Below are positions 1 to 15,739 of a DNA stretch of 64,000 bases, one piece after another. This DNA is from Octopus vulgaris (taxonomy: Eukaryota): NCBI GenBank assembly GCA_951406725.2, contig OX597822.1, forward strand, positions 114,576,001-114,640,000. The letters run 5' to 3'. A program made the translations under genes and the position numbers. Numbering within the stretch: position 1 is the stretch's first letter; every line of letters starts with the position of its first letter. Below the pieces are notes generated by a model that had not been told where the DNA came from, searched no databases, and saw only the letters and a list, made by a program, of their open reading frames with translations.

Positions 1-84
1 ATTGCACATGCAAAATTACAGCTAGATCAAACAACTGCAAGTAGGTTAGAGGTATTACTTATTGAACGTCCCTCGTACTTATAA

Positions 85-120
<36 letters not shown>

Positions 121-245
121 TTTATATTTATTAATATTTTTATTTTTATTTAATTTTATTTTTAATTTAATATTTTAATCTTTTTTATAATACATATAAC
201 TATCAAAGAGTATTAAAAAGTTAAATATAAGATAAAAAGTAAAAC

Positions 246-340
246 CACTACGATCGTTTCATGCCCATAACCTAATTCGAATAACAATAATTTAAATTCA
301 ATTAATAATTCGAATTATGGTTATAGTCAATCTTCAGGTT
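246..340 (-). ncRNA. Minimal hammerhead-like motif in AT-rich Penelope-type terminal repeat
   Basis: Minus strand CTGAAGA...long stem II...GAAAC GATC GTA; stem I weak; same family as 24631-24723. Confidence 0.55.
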
Positions 341-699
341 AATGATAATATTTAAATAAATAATCAAATATATTTAAACAATATTTTTTTAAGAAATAAA
401 TAAAATAATATTTTTCCTTATAAAAAAACTCTATTATCAAACTAGAAGTTTAACGATTATGATTATGTCATACAATCGATTATAATGCTAAATATTAATT
501 TTTAAGTATTAATTTTTAAGGTAAGAAACCCACAAATAATCTAATCTCAGTTATAGTCAATATCTAATTGTATATTTTTATAGCTTGCTCATTATATATA
601 TTTTTATATATTTTACATCGTATATTTTATGTATATTTTGTATATATCAATATTTTTATATATCGTATGTTTTTTTCCTTATTTCTATCTTATCCAGCT

Positions 700-1850
700 T
701 ATGGCTGTATCATGCGCGGGCAAACATAAATAATCGGACTGAATACCCGAACACGCGGTTAAACCATTGGGAGTGAAGGACCCCTAGCCTTTGTTAGGGC
801 ATCCTTCTAGGAGAAGGCAATTCAGGTAACTGGGATAACTCTGACATAATACCTGCGGCTCAGTGGTTACCGATGATGTTGACTTGTTCTACTTTTCGGA
901 TTATGGCTGCTGTTGCTTAGTGAGTGGGATTGACGCAGTGCACAGCCTTTCCTCACTTAAAAAAATCTTCTTGCACAGGCATTGTACAATAACAACATTG
1001 ATTAATTGATTGATTGATTAAATTGATAACTAATTCATGATTGTTGATAGCGCTGTGAGTCTCAACAGAATGGCTGGTTGTAGCCTTAAAAAGCAAATAA
1101 TCAATGATGTACCAAAACAGTATAAAAATAAATGGCAGTAAGGACTCTGAAACCACATCAGATGAAAGAGTCTGGCCCGGCAGTGGCTCCAGAGCATCAC
1201 AGTCTGTACACGGCCGTCATCATGCTACTGTGATAGAACCAAATAAAATATTGAATATTGGCTGTTGGAATGTACGGGCACTGCTTGACCGCGAGTCCTC
1301 TGAATGTCCTGAACGAATGACTGCGCTTGTTGCGAAGGAGCTTCAACGCTATGATCTTAACATCGTTGCTTTATCTGAGACGAGATTAGCTGGAGATGGT
1401 CATCTTACAGAATCTTGTGGAAAATATACATTCTTTTGGAAAGGAAGGAATGAAGAGTTTAGAATAGAGGCTGGAGTGGTATTTGCTGTTAAGACTACTC
1501 TTGTGGACAAGTTGGAAGAATTCTCAGTAGGGATTAACGAACGTCTTATGTCCATGAGAATTCCTTTGGTTAAAGGAAATTATATGACCTTGGTGAGTGT
1601 GTGTGCTCCAACAACGTACTCTACTGATGACGAAAAACTTTCTTTCTACCATGCTTTGAAGGGCATTATAAGAAATATCCCTCGGGCAGACAAAGTCATC
1701 GTACTGGGTGACTTTAATGCTAGAGTGGGTAGGGATTTTAACACATGGACTGTAACTGGAAAGCATGGGGTGGGGAAGTGTAATAGTAATGGCATGCTTA
1801 TGCTGCAGATGTGTGAGGAGCTGGGTCTGTGTGTTGCCAATACACGCTGA
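700..1850 (+). mobile_element. RTE-clade LINE 5' part: 5' UTR + AP endonuclease, truncated at CA/CT microsatellite
   Basis: WNVRALLD..ER.TALVAKEL.RY, VALSETRL, YTFFWKG, VLGDFNARVG, GKHGVGKCNSNG motifs. Confidence 0.9.
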
Positions 1851-2014
1851 CACTATCTCTCCCTCACACACACACTGACTCACTCTCTCTCTCTCTCTCT
1901 CACACACACAGTGTTTCTATCTTAGGAACAATAAAATATTTAGAGATATGGAGAGATATAAATGAGAGCACACATATATGTGTGGGGCGAAGGTTATGAA
2001 AAGATACAGGCACA

Positions 2015-2320
2015 AGCAGAGAGAGAAAGAGAGAGAGAGAAGGAAGGAATGAGGGAGAGAAAACGAAAGAGAGAGGGAGAAGGAAGGAATGAGAGAGAGG
2101 GAGCGAAAGAGAGAGAGAGAAGGGAGGAATGAGAGAGAGGGGGCGGAAGAGAGAGAGAGAGCGAAAGAGAGAGAGAGAGCGAAAGAGAGAGAGAGAAAGA
2201 GAGAGAGAGAGCGCGGAAGAGAGAGAGAGAAGGAAGGAGTGAGAGAGAGAGAGAGAGAGCGAAAGAGAGAGAGAGAGAGTAAGAGAGAGTGAGAGAGTGA
2301 GAGAGAGTGAGAGAGAGAGT
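2015..2320. repeat. Degenerate (GA)n purine tract
   Basis: Seen directly. Confidence 0.9.
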
Positions 2321-2673
2321 ATGTATCATGCATAGAAAGTTTGTATTTCTTAAACACACCCGAAATTCCAAAATTTTGTGCAGACACAAATCAGCGGATG
2401 CAATTCCAGCATAAATGAAGTAATTATCCCTGTTTAACCAATTAATATTAAAGCTAATATGTTCTTTCATGTAGACAGGGTTCTTGTGCCAGTTTTGCAA
2501 AGGCCACGTTTCATTAGTACAGGACACTGATAGGTCAATGTTCTGACACAGCAAGATCTTCGTCCGGATGCTAATCGAACGGTTGACCCAAATCTGGTTA
2601 ATTTCTCTGAAAACTGCCGCGGCAAGCTCGATTCTGGAGTGGAGAAGAGCAAATGTAGTTCGGTTATGTGTGG

Positions 2674-2959
2674 AGGCACATGGCCTAGTGGTTAGAGCAG
2701 CAGACTCACGGTCGAGGGATCGCGGGTTCGAATCTCAGACCGAGCGATGTGTGTGTTTATGAACGAAACACAAGCTCCACGCGGCTCCGGCAGAAGGTAA
2801 TGGCGAACTTCTGCTGACTCTTTCGCCATAATTTTCTCTCACTCTTTCCTCCTACATCTTGCAGCTCACCTGCGACGGACCGGCGTCCCGTCCAGGTGGG
2901 AAACCAATACGCCAAGTAAACCGGGAAACCGGCTCTTATGAGCGAGAAGGAACAAACAA
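2674..2959 (+). mobile_element. tRNA-derived SINE, family 2
   Basis: A box TGGCCTAGTGG, B box GGTTCGAATC; near copy at 21910-22200, related heads at 14933 and 56785. Confidence 0.85.
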
Positions 2960-2961
2960 TT

Positions 2962-3133
2962 CGGTTATGTATTTGTCTGCATGTTTTTTTAATTGTACCT
3001 GATGCACCTGATTCTAGGGATAATTTCTGTTTTTAGGCGCCACATTCGAGTTATCTCTATTTCCAGATCTTTATATTTTGAGAGTCTGTCCGTTTCTTTC
3101 AGAGATACATTTTCATCTGTTGAGATTGATATC
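2962..3133 (-). mobile_element. R4/Dong-type 3' fragment (RLE end)
   Basis: [26 protein letters not shown]; starts at a (TAA)n tract. Confidence 0.75.
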
Positions 3134-3156
3134 ATTATTATTATTATTATTATTAT

Positions 3157-5607
<2,451 letters not shown>

Positions 5608-5799
5608 CGATTGATTTGCATTTTATTTCTTCTTCCAACGAATATGAACCAGAGACGTAAGACATGTATATATTAAATGAAGAAAAACATATTGAGAATG
5701 TGGACGGTTGATGTCAACACAATTTGTTGAGTCCCATAGATTGTTGGTTTCCTGGGAATATGATGAAAAATTTGTCAGTACTTTTTTTTTATCATTCCC

Positions 5800-5970
5800 A
5801 GGTTACCTACGACAACAAGAAAGGTTTTGATTTTTCATGTCTAGGATGACCACCCTACCATCCGGATCCAAGAAGATATCCGATACATGAAGAGCTAAGG
5901 ATTTCCATAGTAGCACTGATACACCGCCATCCGCTCCTGACAGACCATAAGATGAGAATTCCTGAGGATA
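5800..5970 (-). mobile_element. L1/Tx1-like endonuclease fragment
   Basis: GGVSVLL.KSL...FLDPDGRVVILD. Confidence 0.5.
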
Positions 5971-6161
5971 AAAAAACAAAAACAAAAGAAACTGAACAAT
6001 TTGAAGGTTTCCTACTCCGCTGATCCTATAAGATAGGGAACAATTTGGTTAAAATGGTTTAATTTGAGAGGTCGTTTCTTACTTTCGGGAGAAATATGCG
6101 ACCGACTTGTTGACGCAAGATTGAAAATAAAAACAGAAAATTTTTTCTGCTATTCATTCTG

Positions 6162-6322
6162 CAGGAGTGGCTGTGTGGTAAGTAGCTTGTTTACCAACCA
6201 CATGGTTCCGGGTTCAGTCCCACTGCGTGGCACCTTGGGCAAGTGTCTTCTACTATAGCCTCGGGCCGACCAAAGCCTTGTGAGTGGATTTGGTAGACGG
6301 AAACTGAAAGAAGCCCGTCGTA

Positions 6323-6384
<62 letters not shown>

Positions 6385-6600
6385 TATGTGTGTGTGTCTG
6401 TTTGTCCCCCTAGCATTGCTTGACAACCGATGCTGGTGTGTTTATGTCCCCGTTACTTAGCGGTTTGGCAAAAAGAGACCGATAGAATAAGTACTGGGCT
6501 TACAAAAGAATAAGTCCGGGGCCGAGTTGCTCGATTAAAGGCGGTGCTCCAGCATGGCCGCAGTCAAATGATTGAAACAAGTAAAAGAGTAAAAGAGAGA
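6162..6600 (+). mobile_element. tRNA-derived SINE, family 1, with internal (TA)/(TG) tract
   Basis: A box TGGCTGTGTGG, B box GGTTCAGTCCC, tail AAAAGAG repeats; several copies in the window. Confidence 0.88.
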
Positions 6601-6726
6601 GAGTATTCCTGTGCAACCCACTATTTTTTCACATGCCTATTTTTTTATTTACTTATTGTCCAACCCGCACATTGTTCCTAGATCACACAAAAACAAACAC
6701 TTTGTTAAACAAATTTTTTCGGAGAC

Positions 6727-6994
6727 GTCTATGTATATGACAGTTTAAATTGACCTGTCTTAGAAGAACTAACCGCACAGATAACTACTCTCTACTCTTC
6801 GCCACAAAACAATATAACACCTACAATTTAAACAAGTTGAAATAATTAATCCCCAGGCTGGCCCATACGACTGTGGTCTTTTTGCGCTTGCATACACATT
6901 TGAACTGGTGATTGGAAACTCTTCAGCAGAGTGTCTATTTGATTAATCAAAAATGTGAAGCCATTTTCAATTTTGTCTTGAGAACAATAAATTT
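6727..6994 (+). pseudogene. Decayed Ulp1/C48-like cysteine protease fragment, probably transposon-borne
   Basis: Manual translation gives VYVYDSLN and NPQAGPYDCGLFALAYTFELVIG...FD*SKM*SHFQFCLEN, with in-frame stops. Confidence 0.6.
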
Positions 6995-7519
6995 GTTAGG
7001 AGAGTCTTGTAGTTCGCTTGAAGCATTGTGTATTGTTTGTAAAGAATAAAAGCGTTTTGAATGGTACAACAATGCACTATAATACAGACAATAGGCTATA
7101 TACCTGTTGCAATTTAGTTATCCATAGTCTGATACGATATTTCGGAATAAAATTCCTTCTTCAGATATTCTTAGATGGAGTCGCTGCTAGAATCGGTTTT
7201 CTAACGGCTTTTCTTTTTTCATTTTTATTTTTATTCCTTTTCCAAAACTGTAAGTGTTTCAAATTCCAACAAAAAACCAATGAAATCACACACTTTTTTA
7301 TCACCCACCCAGGAATGGGTTACTCCGGCAAAGACGAGTAGAAGTGATGACCCCATCACAGAATTATCAACACCGTTTTTTGACACCTAATAGATTCCAT
7401 GTTGTTTTATGTGAGTATTTCCATCAACCCCCCCACACACACACACACCAAAAAAAAAAAAACGAGTAAGAAATATGATGCAAGTAATGGTGGGGAAAAC
7501 GCTAGACCAAGAACGTCAA

Positions 7520-9020
7520 CCATATTAGAAAATAAGATGGTAATGAATTTATCAATACTTCTGTCTTAGACCTTGGACTGAGTTTCTGCCCAAGTACTAA
7601 GAATTTTCACAAAAATAAATTAACACAAGGAATATATCAGTTTGTCCGCCGTCACAAGCTTCTAGTATATTTTTTGAAAGAATTGGTAACGGGTGTCAGA
7701 AAACCCTATGTCTGTTGAAAGAAATGATGATAATCGGATTTGGCATAATTGGATTTTAAAGAATCCAAATTGGTACCCAGATAAAGTTCGGGAGGGACGG
7801 TCACAAGCACTGTTGGAATTTCTCGAATCTTATCAGTCATGAATTAGGGAAAGCCTTAAAACCTGTAAGAAAAAGAGCTGGAATAACCTTACGGATTCCC
7901 AGTGTAGCGCATCCCGTCGCCTAGCAAACAACGATTCTATTCCTATTAAAATCGCAGATAAGGGAGGTGCTACTGTGATTATGGACAAGGACGAGTAACT
8001 TTCAGCTTGTGAAGAAGTCTTAAATCACAAAACTTCTTATGAAGAACTACTTGTAGATCTAGACTTCAATTACAGAGAGGATTTGATAAAATAATTTTGG
8101 AAATGGAGGAAAAGAACTTCATAAATGACACGGTATTATGTTCAGAAAGAAGAACGCCTGTGTTTTACGGTCTTCCAAAAATACATAAAAATTTCGAAAA
8201 ATTTCCTCCATTGCGCCCAATTTTCAGTGGGTATGAATGTTGCACTGCAAACATTTCAGAATGGCTGGATGGCTTTCTACTCCCAGCCGCTAAAAGATCA
8301 AGTTCCTACATTCGGGATATTTTTCATTTTGTTTCCCAATTGAACGAATTTTCTAAACACCGAAGTAGTGGTTTTTAGTAGCCATAGATGTTTCTTCCTT
8401 ATAACCCAACATTGATCACGACGATGGGGGGAAGTATGCATGAAAACCTTTAAAAAATTCTCAAAGAAAATAATCCCCTAAAATATTCTCTGTAAAATAT
8501 TAAGATTTGTGTTACAAAGTAACACAATGAAGTTTGGCAAAAAAAAATTCTTCCATCAGATGAAGGTCTGCGCCATGAGTAACCCCATGGCGGTTAATTT
8601 CGCAAATGTCTTCATGACAAAACTTGAAATGCAATCAATGGAGATATTCAAATCCCTACATGATCATAAACCTACACTCTGGTTATGGTTCATTGACGTC
8701 GTCTTTCCTTGTCTAGGAAGGAACACAGGATAGTTTAGTCAAATTTTTACATTTCTGTAACTGCTTCGCGGAAGACTATGGCTTTGAGTCCAAAATAAAA
8801 TACACGTCGAGCTGTTCAAAAACTAGCATCGAATCTTTGGACACAAAAGGTAAGTTTTCGGAAGGCCGAATAGTCACAGAAATATTTTGAAAAGCCACAT
8901 CATCCCGTATTTATCTCCACCGCCGCTCTTATCCTAATCATTATACATTCAGATCAAATCCGAAGTCCCAGGTTTTGAGGAAAAGACGTATTTGAAGAGA
9001 CATTGGGGTTTATTAGAAAC
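7520..9020 (+). mobile_element. Decayed Penelope-like element reverse transcriptase
   Basis: IKIADKGGATVIMDK, FYGLPKIHK..PLRPI, SSYIRD, NPMAVNFANVFM, W.WFID; many frameshifts and stops. Confidence 0.85.
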
Positions 9021-9034
9021 TTGCAAATAATTTA

Positions 9035-9295
9035 AGGCGGCGAGCTGGCAGAAACGTTAGCAGGCCGGGCGAAATGCTAAGCGATATTTCGTCTGCCGCT
9101 ACGTTCTGAGTTCAAATTCCGCCGAGGTCGGCTTTGCCTTTCGACCCTAGTGCGTAACTGGTATTTATTTCATCGACCCCGAAAGGATGAAAGGCAAAGA
9201 CGACTTCGGCGGAATTTCAACTCACAACGTAACGGCAGACGAAATACCGCTTAGCATTTCGCCCGGCGTGCTAACGATTGTGCCAACTCGCTGCC

Positions 9296-9296
<1 letters not shown>
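9035..9296. mobile_element. Palindromic short element (family 3) with ~105-bp inverted arms, next to (TAA)n
   Basis: AGGCGGCGAGCTGGCAGAAACGTTAGC... mirrored by ...GCTAACGATTGTGCCAACTCGCTGCCT; single-arm copies at 17690-17895, 33370-33572 and 48366-48564. Confidence 0.8.
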
Positions 9297-9351
<55 letters not shown>

Positions 9352-9354
9352 GAA

Positions 9355-9960
9355 TGCAAGTGCAGGCACTAATTTCCTATGCATGAAGAGAGCAAATGGA
9401 GGAAGGGGACTGATAAGTGTGGAAGACTGCGTGCGTATCGAACTCGAGAGCTTAATGAGATACGTCGCCCATAGTAAGGAAGCCTTGCTAGTGACAATCA
9501 GGAACGAAGGAGTATTGAGAACAGAGAGAAAAGGAAAAACAAAGGAAGAAGTACAAAAACGACATGAAGAAGAATTAGACAAGAAGGGACAACGCGATCA
9601 ATTCCATGTAGCGATCTGGCGACTGACCTAAATAGCTGTCGGTTTCGCCCCCCCCCCCCGTCTTTATACGCTGGAACACCACAATGCATAGTGGCGTTTG
9701 CTCTGTCGTTAAATTAAAAGGGCCCCCTATTGGAACCTTTCAATATTGAACATTCGGTTGCACCAGGTTGCCCCTTCTCGCTGCTTTATATAGTTTGACA
9801 TTTGAATTCTTTGTTGCGAATGCTGGATAATTTCAGGGGCATCATGTTGGGGCTAGGCCACGGGAGAGCTGTGTCTGCATAAGCGGACAACCCCGCAGTC
9901 ACTATACTGAGGGAATATCAGGTATGTACCGAAGAACCAGGACAAATCTATAGGTTACAA
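9355..9960 (+). mobile_element. Adjacent non-LTR fragments (R4-like GGRGL segment, then an L1/Tx1-like RT piece)
   Basis: KRANGGRGLISVEDCV; EPFNIEHSV..GCP.S. Confidence 0.5.
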
Positions 9961-10471
9961 CTAGGATGTTGGGTGCGTGTATGTATAACTATTAATAAAA
10001 CCTGTTTTGCATAAATTCAATTATTCATATGTATAACTTTTTTAATTTGTCCTTGGATGGGTATATATACATAACTATTAATAAAACCTGTTTTGCATAA
10101 ATTCAATTATTCATATACATAACTTCTTTATTTTATACTTGGGTGGGTATATATACATAACTATTAATAAAACCTGTTTTAAATAGCGGAAGTAACTTAA
10201 TTTAAATGTATAATTTGTCCACATTGTTTTTTCTTCTATGTTCGATATTTCTGTAGGTATGTATCTGTGCATATGTGTATTTATGTGTCTGTGTAAGTAT
10301 TTATATACGTGTGTGTGTGTCTGTGTGTCTGTACGTATGCGCATATATATTTTTTATATATACGAATAAAAGTGAGTGTATATGTTTTTGCGGGATAATT
10401 ATTACATATGGATATATAGATTTGTATAATTAACATTTAAATATTACATATAATAATATAAGTACAGATTT

Positions 10472-11529
10472 CTGCCTACCCCCGCCAACTTTGGATGATC
10501 ATAACTTTCAGAAAAATGGATATTTTTTAATGAAATTTTCTACGGATATGGATTATATGCAAAATTTGGGAGTGTTTTAGGAGGGGGTGGGCTGGGGAAT
10601 TTCGGAAAATTTACCAGAATCCACTTCAATTCGTCTTAACTTTCATAGAAATGGATATATTTTTAATGAAATCCTCTACAAATATACCTCCAGCTATGTA
10701 GATTCCGAGGACATAAGAAGTTTTGGGGAAAACAATTGGGGGTAATTTTTGAAAACTATTCCCCACTAAGGGGGAATAGTTATCAAATAGTTATTTTCTA
10801 CGGTTTGTACATCCGTAGATTTCTACTAAAGCAACAAATGGGCAATGAAGGCAAATGAAGCCGTCACCAGAAAACTCATCATGCTAAAAATAACTGCTAA
10901 AGGTCTGGTACATAGAAATATGCTATTAAGACGACTTATCTGTCGAATACGAATTTTTTTCACTTTAAGTAAATTCCCAGGTAAACGTTTCTAATAGAAA
11001 GGCAGAAGACACCAGAAGCAAGAATAAGGAATATACACGCTCAGTTAAATATAGAAGTGTAAAGTATAATTTGTTACATAATCTCTATAATAAACCTGAT
11101 ACTAAATGTAATGATACCCCGTTGGAACTAATTAATTTAAATATGTGTGTGTGGATGTGTGTAGAAAACTACGGATGCACAAACACACAAAACGGAGAAA
11201 ATGAAACTAATATGGTCGATTTGTTCCGAAACACCCCATGGTGGGGAACAGTTCTCAAAAATAACTGCGAAATGCTTTTCTCCTCGGAACATAGTTGGAG
11301 GTATATTTGTAGAGGATTTCATAAAAAATATCTGTTTTCCTGAAAGTTAAGACGAATTGGACTCTGAGGAATTTTCCGAAATTCCCCACCTCACCCCTTC
11401 CTAGAACACTTTCCCCTCAAAATTTTCTATATTCGGTATCTACATGATATAACACATATTCATAGAAAATTTCATTAAAAAATATCCATTTTTCTGAAAG
11501 TTATGATCATCCAAAGTCGGATGGGGCAG
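10472..11529. mobile_element. Non-autonomous element with ~230-bp inverted termini (MITE-like)
   Basis: ACTTTGGATGATCATAACTTTCAGAAAAATGGATATTTTTTAATGAAATTTTCTA at 10489 and its reverse complement ending near 11518. Confidence 0.75.
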
Positions 11530-11557
11530 CTATGCCCATATAATATTAGTTTCAGGT

Positions 11558-11776
11558 GGAAGGTGTTTATAAGTCATTTAAGAAAAACACAAAAACGGTT
11601 AGATTTACTTCAACATTTAAATTTAATTTGCCAAAATATTTTCGTCGCTTTGAGATCGCAACCGGTTCACTGACAAAATTCCGTGCTGCATCGACAAAAA
11701 TATTTTGACAAATTTAAATGTTGAAGTGAATCTTACGATTTTTGTGTGTTTCTTAAATTGCTTATAAACACCTTCC
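11558..11776. mobile_element. Fold-back element with ~90-bp arms
   Basis: GGAAGGTGTTTATAAG...CTTATAAACACCTTCC; decayed hammerhead-like core on the minus strand. Confidence 0.75.
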
Positions 11777-12141
11777 CCGCTGCAATTGTTTTCGTTCCAG
11801 CACACGATCTCAGATCAGGTCACTTGCTATGCAAGTACATCTCCGTAATATTAGTCTCATTCATTAATTATCTTCTATCTTATTTTCATTCCAAACATCA
11901 TGTAACAAATCCTCTTACAGTTTTGTTTTGTTCTCCACGTGTAGCTTTTCTCTTCTTCTATACGAATCTATGGAAGCCCATTTCTGCACAATTACTTCTA
12001 CTTTCTATTTTCCCTTAACTTTCATATATTCTCCCTTTATCTTCCTATTAATTAATAATCTAACTACCTTTAATAAATTAATTATATTAAGTTCTCTTAG
12101 CCTTATATTTGTATCTGTGCATATATGTATATATATATATG

Positions 12142-12209
<68 letters not shown>

Positions 12210-12211
<2 letters not shown>

Positions 12212-12414
12212 TTAATCCAAGCAAGAAAGCACAAAAAAACACAACAACGCGAGGACGTGGAACAAATATAGTATTATTGGATGCTCAGGAAAGAAGGAAA
12301 GAAGGAGGGTTTAACGTTTCGAGCGGAGCTCTTCGTCGGAAACATAGGAGAAGGAAAGATCCAGAGAAGGGAAGACAGAGGAAAAAAATCGCCAACGGTA
12401 CACACGCGGTCACA
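12210..12414 (-). mobile_element. ~200-bp dispersed repeat in (TA)n with hammerhead-like core (copies also at 14411-14615 and 31898-32099)
   Basis: Three near-identical copies; core GTTT CCGACGA AGAGCTCCGCTC GAAA CGTT AAAC. Confidence 0.8.
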
Positions 12415-12432
12415 TATATATATATGTATATG

Positions 12433-12500
<68 letters not shown>

Positions 12501-12570
12501 TGTGTGTGTTATGGACATATAGTGGTACGTAAGCCGACTCCAAATATCTCTTGTGAGACTTTTTATTGAT

Positions 12571-12612
12571 GTACCCGAAGAGACCCAGAACGGGTCGAAA
12601 CATGTGTCGTAC
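12571..12612 (+). ncRNA. Minimal type-I hammerhead ribozyme-like motif (U4-to-C variant)
   Basis: GTAC CCGAAGA GACCC-AGAAC-GGGTC GAAA C-ATGT-G TC GTAC: stems I, II and III all pair, GUC triplet at 12606-12608. Confidence 0.7.
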
Positions 12613-12650
12613 CCAAAAATATCTTTTACTCCTTCCATCTATTTTCTTAA

Positions 12651-12696
<46 letters not shown>

Positions 12697-12990
12697 GTGA
12701 CCCCTTCATAATGACCAATCAAAATTGTATTGACCATTGTCCACAAAAAATTTTAGGCGCGAAACCAAGCAAATCTTAAACAACTCTGGAGCCTCTTTTT
12801 TCACATATAAGAGACAGCAAACCCAACATAAAGTCAGATAAGAGGAAAAAATCTATCAGAAAAGAACTCTTTCTCTCTTAAAAAATATCTTTTGATAAGC
12901 ATAACAAATGCGCAACCGGTAAAAAGAACTTTCACCTAATTAAATTACTTTAAATTACTTAAATTATTTTGTCAGCATTTTCTTCATTTC

Positions 12991-13067
<77 letters not shown>

Positions 13068-13267
13068 ACAGGATTCTATGCATCGTACGTCTATCGAATT
13101 CGCTCAGAAAGCGTCGTTCAACAGTGGAGGCCGTGAGTAGATACTTACCCCAGGTAAAGTGCATTGGGGATTGAACTTGAAAGAATGTTGATTCGAAATC
13201 AGCACCCCGTGCTTGTGCTTGTACATCCAACCGTCTATTCATCTATACATACATACATACATACATA

Positions 13268-13750
13268 ATGAGATTCGCCTGAAGTATAGTCCTGAGTCTA
13301 AAGAAATAAGAACCCACAGGGTGGTAGACGCCATAGCCACTAATAGTAAGGAATACTATTGGAATCTGCCAGTGAAGACCTTAATAAAATTTAAGCACAA
13401 CAGACCCGATATAATGACTTGGGATAGACAAGAAAAACCGTGCACAGTTGTAGAAATTAGCTGTCCAGCGGATGTTAACATAAAGCTGAAGATCAGTGGA
13501 AAAGAGAACACCTACACTGAACTATTGAGAAATATGCTGTTACTCTTTCCAGATTACAAGTTCAGGCTTATACCTGAAATTATTGGGGCCCTGGGGTATG
13601 TAACACACTGCCTAAATACTAATTTTGAGAAATTAGGCTTCTCAAGGAGAAAGCTGATTCGAAAACCAAAGATGGAATCTATCACTGGAACTGTAAAAAT
13701 CTGTAAAACTTTCTGGAAGTTAATTATTTAAGTATATATGAGCATGTTTA
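13268..13750 (+). mobile_element. RLE-type non-LTR 3' fragment
   Basis: HNRPDI..WD...VVEISCPAD.NI..K...Y..L, IIGALG. Confidence 0.75.
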
Positions 13751-13886
13751 GATATGCGACTATATTAATGAGCATACATACATACGTAGATATATACATA
13801 GATATGTAGATGGATAGATACATATAGGGAGAGAGGGAGAGAGACACAGAGAGAGAGAGAGACGGAGAGAGAGTGGTAGATAGATT

Positions 13887-13952
<66 letters not shown>

Positions 13953-13999
13953 CAGAGAGACAGACATACAGACAGATAGATAGATAAAAATGCATAAAC

Positions 14000-14078
<79 letters not shown>

Positions 14079-14410
14079 CACATATCTTTTATTTGTGTTG
14101 TTTACGCGGAGGTTATGCTTTGGAACCAACTTCCAACTTTAAGTTTTTAATCGAACATATCAACCCCTGTAATCTTTATATATATCAACCCCTGTAATTT
14201 TTAAGCTTGGTACTCATTTTATCGGTAGAATTTGCGGCATCGCTAAGTGAGATGGACGTTCACATCGCTTGTCAAGCATCGCTGAAGTAATTAAAAATGC
14301 GAAGATACATATCAACAGTCACGTGTATATTAAAACATAATACATATGTATGTATATATATATGTGTGTATGTATATATATATATATATAATGTTTTATA
14401 TATATATAAA

Positions 14411-14615
14411 GTTAATCCAAACAAGAAAGCACAAAAAAACACAACAACGCGGGGACGTGGAACAAGTATAGTATTATTGGACGCTCAGGAAAGAAGGAAA
14501 GAAGGAGGGTCTAACGTTTCGAGCGGAGCTCTTCATCGGAAACATAGGAGAAGGAAAGATCCAGAGAAGGTAAGACAGAGGAAAAAAAATTGCCAACGGT
14601 ACACACGCGGTCACA
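14411..14615 (-). mobile_element. Second copy of the ~200-bp hammerhead-like repeat
   Basis: Near-identical to 12210-12414. Confidence 0.8.
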
Positions 14616-14848
14616 TATGTATATGTACATGTGTATGTGTATATAGACACATACATATACATGTATATGTATGTACATACATGTTTATATATATGTTCGT
14701 ATATGTTTGTATATATATATATGTATATATCAAGTAGGTACTGTAAATTTAGGGTGAATATTTGATAAGTGTAAGCACCTGTATATGCCAGATAGTGGCA
14801 GAGGTGAGAGAGGATATAGCAAATAAATTCAAAAACAGAACACGATGG

Positions 14849-14932
<84 letters not shown>

Positions 14933-14935
<3 letters not shown>

Positions 14936-15320
14936 CCGCAATAGCCTAGTGGTTAGGGCAGCGGACTCGCGGTCGTAAGATTGCGGTTTCGATTCCCAGA
15001 CCGGGCGTTGTGAGTGTTTATTGAGCGAAAACACCTAAAGCTCTACGCGGCTCCGGCAGGGGGGGGGGAGTAGCGGTCCCTGCTGTACTCTTTCGCCACA
15101 ACTTTCTCTCACTCTTTGTTCTATATATATATATATATATATATATCACCGTAATCACCGTGACCGACCAGGCTATCAGATGTTGTTACACATCGCTGGT
15201 CACAATGCGCTTCGCATTGTTTTAGCCTTCAAATGACGCCACCCCGCTGCCTAAGCGAGCAGGCCAACAGAAGAAAGAGTGAGAGAAAGTTGGGGCGAAA
15301 GAGTATAGCAGCGACCGCTT
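14933..15320. mobile_element. Two SINE fragments (family 2-related) in opposite orientation around (TA)n
   Basis: tRNA-like head at 14933 on +; 3' segment on - at 15146-15320 similar to 56985-57040. Confidence 0.7.
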
Positions 15321-15643
15321 TCCCCCCTCCCCCTCCTCATCATCCTTCTTCATCTTCCCTACCAAGAATTCACAACGACCTCCAACCCACAAGTGTAAAC
15401 AAGAGAGACAGAGAAAGGCAGAAACAAGGAAAATGCCACTTATATTTGAACACTATACAAATATTCCTTTAAAAAAAACATTTCTTTTAATTTTTCTAAA
15501 TTTAATTATTTAATCGTTACAGTTGAAAAGGTCTCAAAATGACTGAAACCGGTACTGAAATATTCTTTATAACGTTATTTTAGCATTTTCTATTTTGACC
15601 TATTTTTTCATATATATCAACTCGTGTGTTCCTTTTCATCCTT

Positions 15644-15727
<84 letters not shown>

Positions 15728-15739
15728 CTTTAAATCCTT

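Noticed and set aside
2674-2750. tRNA gene
   Set aside because: The tRNA-like head continues into a SINE body present in several copies; no proper acceptor stem is evident.
9976-10180. About 87-bp tandem triplication
   Set aside because: Real but ordinary local duplication with no further structure.
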